Assembly (NCBI GenBank): GCA_036338595.1
Contig: JAYZBV010000072.1
Location: 1-64,000, forward strand
Source of the DNA: Planctomycetota bacterium
Lineage (GTDB): Bacteria > Planctomycetota > UBA8108 > UBA1146
Reading direction: 5' to 3'
Length of the DNA: 64,000 nucleotides
The notes beneath the pieces were generated by a model, which was not told where the DNA came from, did not search any database, and saw nothing but the letters and a program-made list of their open reading frames with translations. Position numbers and translations under genes: made by a program. Shown here piece by piece: positions 49,056 to 61,718 of this stretch; position 1 is the stretch's first letter, and every line of letters begins with the position of its first letter.

Positions 49056-50912
49056 TCACCGGTCGGATGACTCTTCATCGTCGTTGGAGGGCTCAGAAGC
49101 CTTCTTTTCCGCCTTTTTCTCCAGTGCCTCCTGGCCGGCACGACCTAGCCATCGTGAGCGCCTGTCGATCTGCTCCTGGGAGGCTTCTGGATCGAGCTCA
49201 ATTTTCCAGCCTCTGGAGGGTTCTTCGCCGAAGGTGACCGCGATGTGGATCAGTGTGCCGCGGCGAGACACGAGCAGAGTCGCCTCGCTTCCAGGGGCAT
49301 GCCGTCTACGGACCTGTTTCCAGGTGCTGGCACTCATCCGATACTGGCCCAGTGCGATGATTTCATCGCCGGGATTGATGCCGGCTTCATACGCCGGGGT
49401 ACCGCGACGAACTCGAGTCACTGACCAGCGTCCCCCCGACTCACTGGCCTCGATTCCGAGCCATCCTTCGGGAGGATCTTCCGGCTCTTCCGTGCTCTCG
49501 GGTCGAAATCGAAGACCAAATACCGCCAGTGCCTCCTCGTATTCCAGTTCATCGGTGCCATCGATGAATCGGCTGAACCATCCGGTGAGATCGCAACCCG
49601 CTACTTCCTCGAAGACTTCTCGCAACTGGTCGTGGCTGTATCCTCGTTCGCCCGAGTATCGCTTGAAGGCCAGACGCATCGCATCATCGAGCGAGCGTTG
49701 GTGCCCACTGGCGGACCGGATCCTGGCATCGAGGAGCCATGCAACCATAGCCCCCTTCGAGTAATAGGAGATCTGGCTGTTGATGGAATTTTCGTCGCGC
49801 TGGTAGTAGCGGATCCATGCGTCAGTGCTTGCACGAGAGAGGGGCAGAACAAGCCTGCCGGGGGTGCGCTGGATTTCCTTGATCTGCTTTCCGAGACCCT
49901 CGATGTACTTGTTCTGATCGATCAATCCAGCACGAGCGACCAGCAGGTCATCGTAGTAACTTGTGAATCCTTCGACGAACCAGAGGTCGGGGGTGAACAC
50001 CTCTTGCTCGTAGTTGAATGGGCCGAGAGCCTCCGGGCGGAGTCGCTTGCCATTCCAGGCATGAAACTGCTCGTGACTCACAAGGCCGTACCAGCCCTTG
50101 CGGCGATCCTTGTCTCCCCAGGTCCACCTCCCCGACAACATCAGTGCGCAGTTCTTGTGCTCGAGACCGCCTCCACCCTCTGCGATGACATTCAGGTAGT
50201 GATACTGCTGGTAGGGGATCTGCCCCCAGAACTGGACCAACTCTTCGCTGATCTTCTGCACATCTTCGGCGCAAGCATCGGAATCCCACAACTCGGATCC
50301 CCCAAGATTGACCACGTGATGCGAAACCGAGTCGACCTCGAATTCTCGGATTTCAGGATCGCCGAAGAGGATGGGGGAATCGCACAATTCATCGACAGTC
50401 ATCGCACGCCAGTGGCCCGGGGTGACCGAGGGGATGACGGAGATGACTCGAGCCATCTCGGGAGCCAGTTCGACCGAGACATCGAACGGGCCATCCTTGC
50501 CCCTGGGGAGCACAAAGGTGGCGGCGCCGTTGAGGAAGCCAGAGCCAGCTTCGACGAAGTTGTTTCGCACCGAGAGTAGTCTGCAATAGAGCCGATACTT
50601 GACCGTCACATCGGTCCGTTGTGGAGTTTCGATGACCCAGCCGTTCTTGCTCGGGCGATCTACGCTCAGGGGATTCCCATCCTCATCAAAGGCTTCGAGA
50701 TTTTCGATGTGCCGGGCATAATCTCGGATCTTGTATGAGCCTGGCGTCCACACCGGCATCCACAGTTCCAGAACCGGGTCATCGGATGCGGGAAACCGAG
50801 CCTCGACCTCGACCCTGTGCTGGGCGCTGGATTCCAGGTTGATGGTGTAACTTGCAGCAACTTGCTCCTGTGCCGGAGGAAGCACCAGTGTCAGTGTCAG
50901 CAGAATCCACAT
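49056..50912 (-). CDS. M61 glycyl aminopeptidase with PDZ domain
   Basis: MPVWTPGSY, GGLEHKN, HEQFHAWN, WFVEGFTSYY, ISYYSKG; signal peptide. Start at 50912 or 50918. Confidence 0.92.
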   Translation of the reverse strand: MWILLTLTLVLPPAQEQVAASYTINLESSAQHRVEVEARFPASDDPVLELWMPVWTPGSYKIRDYARHIENLEAFDEDGNPLSVDRPSKNGWVIETPQRTDVTVKYRLYCRLLSVRNNFVEAGSGFLNGAATFVLPRGKDGPFDVSVELAPEMARVISVIPSVTPGHWRAMTVDELCDSPILFGDPEIREFEVDSVSHHVVNLGGSELWDSDACAEDVQKISEELVQFWGQIPYQQYHYLNVIAEGGGGLEHKNCALMLSGRWTWGDKDRRKGWYGLVSHEQFHAWNGKRLRPEALGPFNYEQEVFTPDLWFVEGFTSYYDDLLVARAGLIDQNKYIEGLGKQIKEIQRTPGRLVLPLSRASTDAWIRYYQRDENSINSQISYYSKGAMVAWLLDARIRSASGHQRSLDDAMRLAFKRYSGERGYSHDQLREVFEEVAGCDLTGWFSRFIDGTDELEYEEALAVFGLRFRPESTEEPEDPPEGWLGIEASESGGRWSVTRVRRGTPAYEAGINPGDEIIALGQYRMSASTWKQVRRRHAPGSEATLLVSRRGTLIHIAVTFGEEPSRGWKIELDPEASQEQIDRRSRWLGRAGQEALEKKAEKKASEPSNDDEESSDR

Positions 50913-50914
50913 CT

Positions 50915-53673
<2,759 letters not shown>

Positions 53674-53874
53674 CCATCGTTTTGGCCGCCCCATCTGTGA
53701 CTTGATATGCGTCGTGCTCGGTCACTGCCTGTCCAGATCTGGTGTGGTACCCGGCATCATCCGGGCGATCTGAAAAATCCCTTCATACATCGCTGTCATG
53801 ATCCGAAGAGAGATCAATGAACCGGTGATCTTCCGGAGAATGAGGATCCAGTCAGGCTGAAAGGACTCAGTTCG

Positions 53875-54132
53875 GTGCCGTTGCTCGCCCGCATCCTAGA
53901 AACTGCTCGCATCCAGGCCCTTCTCGGGGGGTTGATCCAGATCACACGCATCGAGATGCGAGTCGGGAGCGACAGCGAAGTGGTGCCCGAAGCGATCTCT
54001 GCGGCACTGAAGGAGCGATGCCAGGGGGATCTGCTCGACAGATGCGAGGTCAGCATCGAAATGGTCGAAGGTGATCAGGTCGAACTCAAGAGCATCGAGG
54101 GTGTACCCTTCAGCGCCAGGGATGCGATCTGA
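53875..54132 (+). CDS. Small HypA/HybF-like protein lacking the zinc finger and MHE motif
   Basis: ITRIEMRVGSDSEVVPEAI...EVSIEMVEG-DQVELKSIEG parallels the HypA Ni-domain pattern; AAAGGA before GTG. Confidence 0.5.
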   Translation: MPLLARILETARIQALLGGLIQITRIEMRVGSDSEVVPEAISAALKERCQGDLLDRCEVSIEMVEGDQVELKSIEGVPFSARDAI

Positions 54133-54201
54133 AGCACTGGACAGAGGACCGGTGACAACGCAGCATCGTGGCCATGCCAGCACTCTGGCCAGGAGGACCC
54201 G

Positions 54202-56004
54202 ATGCATCGAAATCTGGGCAGTTTTCTCGAAGCGCTGCGCCGATCGGGAGATCTGGTCGAGGTGGATGCCCACGTCGATCCGCGACTCGAGGTTGCGGAG
54301 ATCCACCGCAGGGTCATCGCTGGTGGGGGACCGGCACTCCTCTTTCACAATCCGATCGGTTCCAATTTCCCCATCGTGACCAACCTGTTCGGAACCCAGC
54401 GAAGGGTCCAGATCGGCTTTGGTGACCACGGCCAGAAGTTTCTGAGCAGGCTAGTACACCTCGCCGAGACGATGGTGCCTCCGAGTCTTCCCAAGATGTG
54501 GGGGGCGCGAGATGTCGCCGGTACCTTGCTCAGGGTTGGCATGAGAAAAAGGGGTGCCGGTGCGGTCCTGGAGGTTCAGGATCCTCAACTCGATCTGGAT
54601 GACTTGCCCGTCATCACCAGTTGGCCAGAAGATGGTGGACCGTTCATCACGTTGCCACTCGTCTATACCGAGCACCCTGTCGATGGGCGCCACAATCTCG
54701 GCATCTACAGGCTGCAGCGCCACGATTCGGAACATCTGGGGCTTCATTTCCAGATTCACAAGGGGTCTGGATATCACTTGATGGAGGCGGAACGGCTGCA
54801 GCGTCCCTTCCCGGTCACCTGTCTGCTCGGCGGCCCTCCGGCGCTGATCGCAAGCGCTGTCGCTCCGCTTCCAGAAAATGTCGGGGAACTATTGCTCGCA
54901 TCGTTGTTGCAAGGAGCTCCGCTCCGGATGGCGCAAGCAGATGGGGTCGCTCACCCCTTTGTCGCCGAGTGCGAGTTCGCCATTCACGGCAGGGCGCTTC
55001 CCGGTGTGAGAAGGCCCGAGGGTCCCTTCGGTGACCACTATGGCTACTACTCGCTGCAGCATGATTACCCGGTGATGAAGGTCGACGGTGTCACCCACCG
55101 TCGTGGTGCGATCTATCCTGCAACAGTAGTTGGCAAGCCGCGCCAGGAAGATTTCTTCCTGGGAGATTTTCTGCAAGAACTGCTCTCTCCACTATTCCCA
55201 CTGGTGATGCCAACGGTCCGAGAACTCTGGTCCTACGGGGAGACCGGGTACCATTCGCTGGCAGCAGCCAGGGTGACAGATCGCTACCCTCGTGAAGCGA
55301 TGGTGTCGGCATTCAGGATTCTCGGAGAGGGTCAACTGTCACTGACGAAGTTTCTGTTGCTCACCGATGGAGTTGTCGACCTTCGCGATTTCCCTTCAAC
55401 GCTCGAGTACATCCTGGCGAGAGCAGATTTCCGCAGCGATCTGCACATCATCGCATGCACCAGCATGGATACCCTCGACTACTCCGGGCCCAGTGTGAAT
55501 GAGGGGTCGAAGGGGTTTCTACTGGGTCTTGGTGATCCCATTCGCGATCTTCCTCGCGAGTTTGAGGGCGAGCTTCCCGCTGGATTTCCTCGAGCAGAGG
55601 TGTATTGCCCCGGTTGCCTGGTGATCGAAGGGCCGTCCCATGCGGATCAACCTCAAGCGGCGAAAGGATTGCTCGAGGGATCGGCTCTTGAGCAGTGGCC
55701 GCTGGTGGTTCTGGTCGATGATGCAGTGGCTGCCACTCGATCCGATGCGAGGTTCTTGTGGACCACCTTCACTCGCTTCGAGCCAGCTGCAGATATCTAC
55801 TCGAGCGCAAGTGAGGTGGTCAGGAACCACCTCGCGCACCATCCCCCCGTGGTCATCGATGCGAGGATGAAGGCGGGCTACCCCGATGAGCTTTTCTGCG
55901 ATCCGGAAACGGCTTCCCTGGTCGAGGGCCGCTGGAGCGAGTATTTCCCCGCCGGGGGAGTCGAGATGGGGGATAGCGATGTGGGGCACCTCGACCAGCC
56001 TTGA
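54202..56004 (+). CDS. UbiD-family prFMN-dependent decarboxylase (possibly menaquinone/futalosine pathway)
   Basis: NLFGT, DGGPFITLP, NLGIYRLQ, EGPFGDHYGYY, VVGKPRQED, DTLDYSG. Confidence 0.9.
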   Translation: MHRNLGSFLEALRRSGDLVEVDAHVDPRLEVAEIHRRVIAGGGPALLFHNPIGSNFPIVTNLFGTQRRVQIGFGDHGQKFLSRLVHLAETMVPPSLPKMWGARDVAGTLLRVGMRKRGAGAVLEVQDPQLDLDDLPVITSWPEDGGPFITLPLVYTEHPVDGRHNLGIYRLQRHDSEHLGLHFQIHKGSGYHLMEAERLQRPFPVTCLLGGPPALIASAVAPLPENVGELLLASLLQGAPLRMAQADGVAHPFVAECEFAIHGRALPGVRRPEGPFGDHYGYYSLQHDYPVMKVDGVTHRRGAIYPATVVGKPRQEDFFLGDFLQELLSPLFPLVMPTVRELWSYGETGYHSLAAARVTDRYPREAMVSAFRILGEGQLSLTKFLLLTDGVVDLRDFPSTLEYILARADFRSDLHIIACTSMDTLDYSGPSVNEGSKGFLLGLGDPIRDLPREFEGELPAGFPRAEVYCPGCLVIEGPSHADQPQAAKGLLEGSALEQWPLVVLVDDAVAATRSDARFLWTTFTRFEPAADIYSSASEVVRNHLAHHPPVVIDARMKAGYPDELFCDPETASLVEGRWSEYFPAGGVEMGDSDVGHLDQP

Positions 56005-56146
56005 TGGAGAAATCTGCTCGAAAACCCGCAAACCTGTCGATTCCTCGGTGGTTGCTCTCTCAGGTGGGATATCCCTCCCTTAGATTCCTGGGTGCGCTGC
56101 TGTATGATGGAGGGGCTCTTCAGTTTCAACAAATCAAGGAGTGAAG

Positions 56147-57913
56147 ATGTTCAAGTTTCGAGCAGGATCCTACCTGGCGATGGTTTTGTTTTCGTTGGCT
56201 GTACTGTTTTCGGGAACAGTCGTTGTTGAGGCTCAGCCGGGGGATCTTGTAGTAGCCAATGTTTATCCCAGTAGCAACGAACTGTCTGCGCCGATCGCCA
56301 CCTCGATCTGGATCGATTTCCAGGAACCGATCGATCCAGCCAGTGTCAGCAACGGATCGTTCTGGGCCTTTGGACGCTGGAGTGGTCCGGCAGAGGGGAC
56401 ACTGGAGGTGGTCGGTGGCGGATCCTCGATTCGACTCACTCCCGACAATCCCTTCTCTGCAGGTGAGCAGGTGATGGTGATCGTTTCCGAGCAGATCGCT
56501 GCCATCAGCGGAGCGTCGATCCAGCAGGGGGGGTACAGCTTTCTGTTCTGGACAGCATCTGCTCCTACATCATTGCAACTGGATCAAACAGCCAACTGGT
56601 CGACCCGTTCCAATCCCAATGTATCGACGCGCAGTTACGGGGGAGTCGGTTCTGACCTCGACAATGATGGCAACCTCGACATCACTGTCATCAACGAAGA
56701 CACCGCTGATGTGCGTTGCTACCTCAATCAAGGCAATGACAGCGGAGAATTTGGCCCGATGGTCAATCCCCCGAGTTCTGTGAATATGCAGGCGAGTCCC
56801 AATGAGCCAGCAGACTTCAACCGAGATGGATTTGTCGATCTGGTGGTCTGCAACATCGCCACCGATACGGTTTCGGTGCTGCTGGGTAATGGCGATGGCA
56901 CCTTCGCTCCTCAGCAGCAGATCAATGTTGGAATCGCTCCCAGAGGAGTCGCCGTGCTCGATGTCGATGGGGATGGTGACATGGATGTGGTCAATACCAA
57001 CTACGGCAACGGAAACCTGTCGATCTTGCTCAACAATGGCAATGGAGTCTTCGGAGCGCCGACATTTTTCGAGGGGGGCGGTGCTGGAGAGCGTTCCCTG
57101 GCAACGGGAGACATGAACGGGGATGGTCTGCTCGATCTGGTGATCGGCATGCTCAACAGCGGTGAGATCGTCGTGAACCTGAACAATGGTGACGGAACCT
57201 TCACCGAATCGGGATCTGAACCGGCGGTGAGTGGCACCTGGATGCTGGCACTGGGCGATCTCAATGGCGATGGTCATCTCGATGTGACCAGCGTCAATGC
57301 CAGCCAGGACAATTGCACCACCAACTTTGGCAACGGAGATGGCACCATCACTCCAGCCACTGCATATCCGACAGATAATTATCCTCTATCCACGGATGTG
57401 GGTGATCTCGATGGAGATGGCGATCTCGACTGGGTCATCTCCAGCTACCTTGGCGATTGGTACATCTACCTCAATGATGGTGATGGTAACTTCACGTTTT
57501 TTCTGGAGATACTCGCACCCATTGCCGCCAGTTGTGCCGTCATGATGGATATCGACAACGACCTCGATCTCGATCTGGTTCTCATCGACGAACTCGCCGA
57601 TGTTGTGATCATCTACAAGCAGGAGGGTGTGCCACCTCCGCAGTTCATCCGGGCAGATGCGAACTGGGATGGGGTCGTCGACATCGGAGATGTGGTCATG
57701 CAATTGTCGGTTCTGTTCGGTTGTACGGCAGTCTGTTCCTGTCCGGATGTGCTGGACTCCAACGATGATGGCGCCAGTGACATTTCCGATCCGATCTACC
57801 TGTTGATGTACCTGTTCAGTAATGGAGTGGCACCGCCGGCACCCTATCCCTCCTGCGGAGCGGACCCGACGCTGGATACTCTCGATTGCTTGTTCCAGCC
57901 CGATTGCGTGTAG
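56147..57913 (+). CDS. Secreted Ig-like + FG-GAP/VCBS repeat protein with C-terminal dockerin-like domain
   Basis: Signal peptide; Ig-like region; about 7 DxNxDGxxD repeats; FIRADANWDGVVDIGD...DSNDDGASDISD. Confidence 0.85.
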   Translation: MFKFRAGSYLAMVLFSLAVLFSGTVVVEAQPGDLVVANVYPSSNELSAPIATSIWIDFQEPIDPASVSNGSFWAFGRWSGPAEGTLEVVGGGSSIRLTPDNPFSAGEQVMVIVSEQIAAISGASIQQGGYSFLFWTASAPTSLQLDQTANWSTRSNPNVSTRSYGGVGSDLDNDGNLDITVINEDTADVRCYLNQGNDSGEFGPMVNPPSSVNMQASPNEPADFNRDGFVDLVVCNIATDTVSVLLGNGDGTFAPQQQINVGIAPRGVAVLDVDGDGDMDVVNTNYGNGNLSILLNNGNGVFGAPTFFEGGGAGERSLATGDMNGDGLLDLVIGMLNSGEIVVNLNNGDGTFTESGSEPAVSGTWMLALGDLNGDGHLDVTSVNASQDNCTTNFGNGDGTITPATAYPTDNYPLSTDVGDLDGDGDLDWVISSYLGDWYIYLNDGDGNFTFFLEILAPIAASCAVMMDIDNDLDLDLVLIDELADVVIIYKQEGVPPPQFIRADANWDGVVDIGDVVMQLSVLFGCTAVCSCPDVLDSNDDGASDISDPIYLLMYLFSNGVAPPAPYPSCGADPTLDTLDCLFQPDCV

Positions 57914-57975
57914 TTAGAAGGCCGAACTGGTACTGCTGTTGGCGGCTTCCAGGCGATGGTGTCCACCGCCTCGCT

Positions 57976-59403
57976 TCAAAGGGCGCGGCTCCGTGCAGGT
58001 TTTTTTCTCGGAGGTTCCACCGGTCGTAGACCGGGGTGGTCTGCAGAGATCCAGGGAACGCGGAATACCGCCCCGCCGCGGGCACCGGCGCCACGAACTC
58101 CTACGCCTTCCCGGCCAAAACCGCCCTTGTTGATGTGCTCCCAGACGATGTTCCCGCTGCGGGTCACCTCGAAGATTAGACCCGTGGACCCGCTGCAGAT
58201 CAGAGTGTTGCCGCCAGGCAATCGTTCGGCGCCCGAGATGTTAGTGGAGAAGAATTTACCAGGATTCTCATACTTCCAGATCGGCTCTGGCGACGAAAAA
58301 GCGCCGTCCGTCTGGCGCAGGTACTTCCCATCCGAAGAGATCGGAGGGGCCAGTTCCAGAACAGTCGAGAAATTGCCGCGACGACCCTGGCCGTTGTTGA
58401 AGATCAAGATGTTGTCTTGCCCAGGTAGGCCCGGTGAGATCCATTGCGCGTCGTGTTGCTTGAAGAGTTCACGGTCCGAGTCACTTCCTTTGCCGTATGT
58501 TTGCGGGTTTCCCCAGCGCCACAGGATTCCTGGGTTCTCTGCACCCGATGTGGAGTGATCGATGACCCACACCTCGTCGAAACCGTGGACGCTCAGGATG
58601 ATCTGGTCGAGTTCGGCGTTGTAGTCAACAGAGTTGGTGTGCATCCAGTCCGGTTGTCCCAGTTCCCGACTCTGAAATGAGACATAATTGATGTCGATCT
58701 TCTCCGGGTGATCCGATGCCTTTCCGAAATCAGGAAGTTCGGCATCGATATCCTGGATCAGATGATCCCACGGACTCCAGCGCCAGACCACCTCTCCGCC
58801 CGACTTACCTGTGGGCTTGATCTCGACGACCGCATCGACCCATAGCTCGTCGGCGGGAAGCAGGGCGGGATGACGACCCGCCGCAAGACATTCTTGTTTC
58901 CCTTTTCGTTCCCAGCAGATCAGCAGAAAGTTGCCACCGGGAAGCGGTTCTATGTCGTGGTGTTGAAGGTGAGCCTCACTGGCCCAGTCCAGTTTCCAGG
59001 TGACCTCGCCATCCCAGTTCACCCTCTCGATGACTCCACCGGCACCTCCGCCCTGAAATCCGAACGCGCCTCGTCGACCGATGGCGCCGGTTCTGAGCAA
59101 GGAACCGTCATCGAGGAGGTAGACCGAGTGTCCGGGCCGCCTTTCTCCCTTCCAGAGATGGATCGGCGACCCTGTTCTGTCGATGATCTGCACGTCGGTG
59201 CTCCCCAGGGGTGCCACCAGCAGGTATCCCCCCTCATGCGATTCTGATTCCTGGCTCCGGGGCTCCGCTGCGCCAACAGGAGCCGCTTCTGGTGTTCCGG
59301 TCGGTGGTTGAGACTCCTGGGTAAACGCAAGCGCGGGCAGCGCAAAGTTGCACAGCAGGATTGCGGTGAGCCAGTGGCGGTGAGTCAGATAATTCGACGA
59401 CAT
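57976..59403 (-). CDS. Arylsulfotransferase (ASST)-like beta-propeller protein
   Basis: QHHD, DWMHTNSVDY, QHDA, IFNNG, SGAERLPGGNTLI; signal peptide; GGGAGG RBS. Confidence 0.8.
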   Translation of the reverse strand: MSSNYLTHRHWLTAILLCNFALPALAFTQESQPPTGTPEAAPVGAAEPRSQESESHEGGYLLVAPLGSTDVQIIDRTGSPIHLWKGERRPGHSVYLLDDGSLLRTGAIGRRGAFGFQGGGAGGVIERVNWDGEVTWKLDWASEAHLQHHDIEPLPGGNFLLICWERKGKQECLAAGRHPALLPADELWVDAVVEIKPTGKSGGEVVWRWSPWDHLIQDIDAELPDFGKASDHPEKIDINYVSFQSRELGQPDWMHTNSVDYNAELDQIILSVHGFDEVWVIDHSTSGAENPGILWRWGNPQTYGKGSDSDRELFKQHDAQWISPGLPGQDNILIFNNGQGRRGNFSTVLELAPPISSDGKYLRQTDGAFSSPEPIWKYENPGKFFSTNISGAERLPGGNTLICSGSTGLIFEVTRSGNIVWEHINKGGFGREGVGVRGAGARGGAVFRVPWISADHPGLRPVEPPRKKPARSRAL

Positions 59404-59588
59404 GGAGTACCTCCCACTTCTCCAAGATACACGCAAACGGGCCTTGGATGACTCTACTTCCGCACTAGAATCCATGCCCATCGAGTGTTGTCATCGCCAT
59501 CGGATGCTCAAGGACCTGGAAGGGGAGTTCCATCTCAGCGACACAACTGAGAATCCTGTTCCTGATACTGCTCTCATTTCACGGCCTG

Positions 59589-60557
59589 TTGACCGCGGCG
59601 GACCCGGTATCCATCAAACCTCTCGGTCATCAGGATCCCGAAGTGGAACAAACTGATTCCATCCAGGCGATCATCAATGCACTCGATGAGGACATCGAAT
59701 TGCCAAGAAGGCTTTCCGTCATGCATCAGGAGATCGGCGATCGAGTTCTTGATCTCAGTGATCGGATCGATGACTTCTTTGGCGACCCACGGCTGGAAAC
59801 AGAGGCTGGCAAGACTCGTTACAGGGTTCGTTCCGAGTGGAGATTCGAAGAAGGTGGAGAGTCCACCTTTGGAGTCAAGGTTCGTGGCCATGCGGTACTT
59901 CCCAGGACACGACAACGAATCGGCTTCTATCTGGAGTCGTTTCGAGATGATGTGCTGACAGATCTCGACGATTTGCTCGGTGATCCCGCCGATGACACCA
60001 ATTCACTGATCTCGGCCGAGGATGTCTCGGGATTGCGAGCAGCACTCTTCTCCAATCCGCGTGGAAGATTGTCCCTCGACGGTGGAGTGAAACTGTCGAA
60101 GAGTCCCCAGGCCCGAGTGAAACTTCGATGGCAAGAGGATCACGATCTGGAAAATCTGTGGAGCCTCAGGCTGATCCAGAGTCTCGAATATCGAGGTGAA
60201 GAAGGATACGGCGAGCGCACCCAGTTGCGTTTCGAAAGAGCCATCGAGGAGAAACTGCTCAGATTCGGAATCGAAGGCGTCTGGTTTGAAGAGCAGGATT
60301 TCAAGGCGCTGTTGACCACCAGCTATTTCATTCCTGTTGATTCACGCAGTGTACTGCACCTGAGTGGACACTTGACCGCAGACCTGGGAGATGCGCCGGC
60401 GCGCACCGGCGTAGGAGTGGGAATCGGGTTTCGCCGAAGGCTCTACAGTGACTGGCTCTTCGGAGAGATCGCGCCTCATGTGTTCTGGCCCCAAAAGTCG
60501 TTCGATGGCAGTGAAGTGTCGCTGTTCCTGGTGACCGAGGTGATCTTCGGTCGGTGA
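59589..60557 (+). CDS. Hypothetical protein, probable outer-membrane beta-barrel
   Basis: RIDDFFGD followed by alternating amphipathic strands; ends in EVIFGR; start uncertain. Confidence 0.55.
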   Translation: MTAADPVSIKPLGHQDPEVEQTDSIQAIINALDEDIELPRRLSVMHQEIGDRVLDLSDRIDDFFGDPRLETEAGKTRYRVRSEWRFEEGGESTFGVKVRGHAVLPRTRQRIGFYLESFRDDVLTDLDDLLGDPADDTNSLISAEDVSGLRAALFSNPRGRLSLDGGVKLSKSPQARVKLRWQEDHDLENLWSLRLIQSLEYRGEEGYGERTQLRFERAIEEKLLRFGIEGVWFEEQDFKALLTTSYFIPVDSRSVLHLSGHLTADLGDAPARTGVGVGIGFRRRLYSDWLFGEIAPHVFWPQKSFDGSEVSLFLVTEVIFGR

Positions 60558-60620
60558 TTCCTTGCATGTTGTCTCGCTGCTACCGAGTCCGTATTCTTTG
60601 CGGAGGAAGAGGAGGCCCCG

Positions 60621-61718
60621 ATGCTCAGAGCAGATCCGAAGAGCGACCCCGATGGCAAGGGGACCCGGTATGGAATCCTCGCCATGCTGCTGGTGGGAGC
60701 GGGTTGTGGCACCCTGATCTACCTGGGAAATCCAGGCAACATGGGGATCTGTGGCGCCTGCTTCCTGCGCGATTCTGCAGGAGCCTTGCACCTCTTCGAC
60801 AAGCCTGCTTCTCTTCCCTACCTTCGCCCGGAGATCTTCGGAGTTCTCTTCGGAGCCATGTTGTGGATGCTCGTCCGGGGCAAGTGGCAGGCGAGATCGG
60901 GAAGCCATGCCGCGACCAGGTTTTTCTTTGGGATCTGGATGGGAATCGGATCGCTGGTCTTTCTCGGCTGTCCTTTTCGGATGCTGCAGCGACTCGGTGG
61001 TCTCGATCTGAGCGCCTGGATCGCCCTGCCCGGATTCATCGCAGGTGTGGGCGTGGGACTGTTCTTCGAGAAGCGTGGCTACAATGTTGGAAAAACGGAA
61101 GCTGCGCCTGCCGCGGTGGGCTTGCTGTTTCCGGGGTTGATGTTGCTGGCCGGGGTGCTCTGGTTCCAGGGACAGCTGGCGGGACCGGGGCTAGATGGAG
61201 GTCCTCCACCTCCTCATGCGCCCTGGTTGTACTCACTGGGCATCGCGCTGGTCGCTGGAATACTCCTCTCGGCAACCCGTTTCTGCGCCGTGACTGCCGG
61301 GAGGCAAGTGTTTCTGAAGGATCGTCGAATGCTGCTCGCTTCACTGGCAATGCTGATTGGATTCGGGCTCGTGGTTCTGACGACCGGCAAGGCCGTTCCT
61401 GGAATTGAGGGCCAACCTGCGGCGCACACGGACCACCTGTGGTCGGCGCTGGCACTGGCCCTGGTCGGACTCTGTGGCTGCCTCGCGGGCGGCTGTCCCG
61501 TCCGTCAACTGGTCATGACAGGTGAAGGAAACGCCGATGCCGCGATGGCGGTTGCGGGCATCCTGGTCGGCGGAGCACTCAGCCACGGGTTCGCTCTCGC
61601 TTCCAGCGGAGCAGGCACCACGGAGGCAGGCCGTCTGGCCATCGTCGTGGGGCTTGCCATCGCTGTGGCCTACGGTGCATCCAGATCGTTGCTGACCAGT
61701 GCGAAGGGATCCGCATGA
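60621..61718 (+). CDS. yedE: YedE/YeeE-family membrane protein, selenium-metabolism subtype
   Basis: GNPGNMGICGACFLRD, YLRPEI, FLGCPFRMLQRLGG, RFC, GGCPVRQL. Confidence 0.85.
   Translation: MLRADPKSDPDGKGTRYGILAMLLVGAGCGTLIYLGNPGNMGICGACFLRDSAGALHLFDKPASLPYLRPEIFGVLFGAMLWMLVRGKWQARSGSHAATRFFFGIWMGIGSLVFLGCPFRMLQRLGGLDLSAWIALPGFIAGVGVGLFFEKRGYNVGKTEAAPAAVGLLFPGLMLLAGVLWFQGQLAGPGLDGGPPPPHAPWLYSLGIALVAGILLSATRFCAVTAGRQVFLKDRRMLLASLAMLIGFGLVVLTTGKAVPGIEGQPAAHTDHLWSALALALVGLCGCLAGGCPVRQLVMTGEGNADAAMAVAGILVGGALSHGFALASSGAGTTEAGRLAIVVGLAIAVAYGASRSLLTSAKGSA

Noticed and set aside
56650..57600. Periodic DNA similarity suggesting a repeat array or CRISPR
   Set aside because: Explained by FG-GAP/VCBS protein repeats. 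There are no identical spaced repeats and no cas genes.
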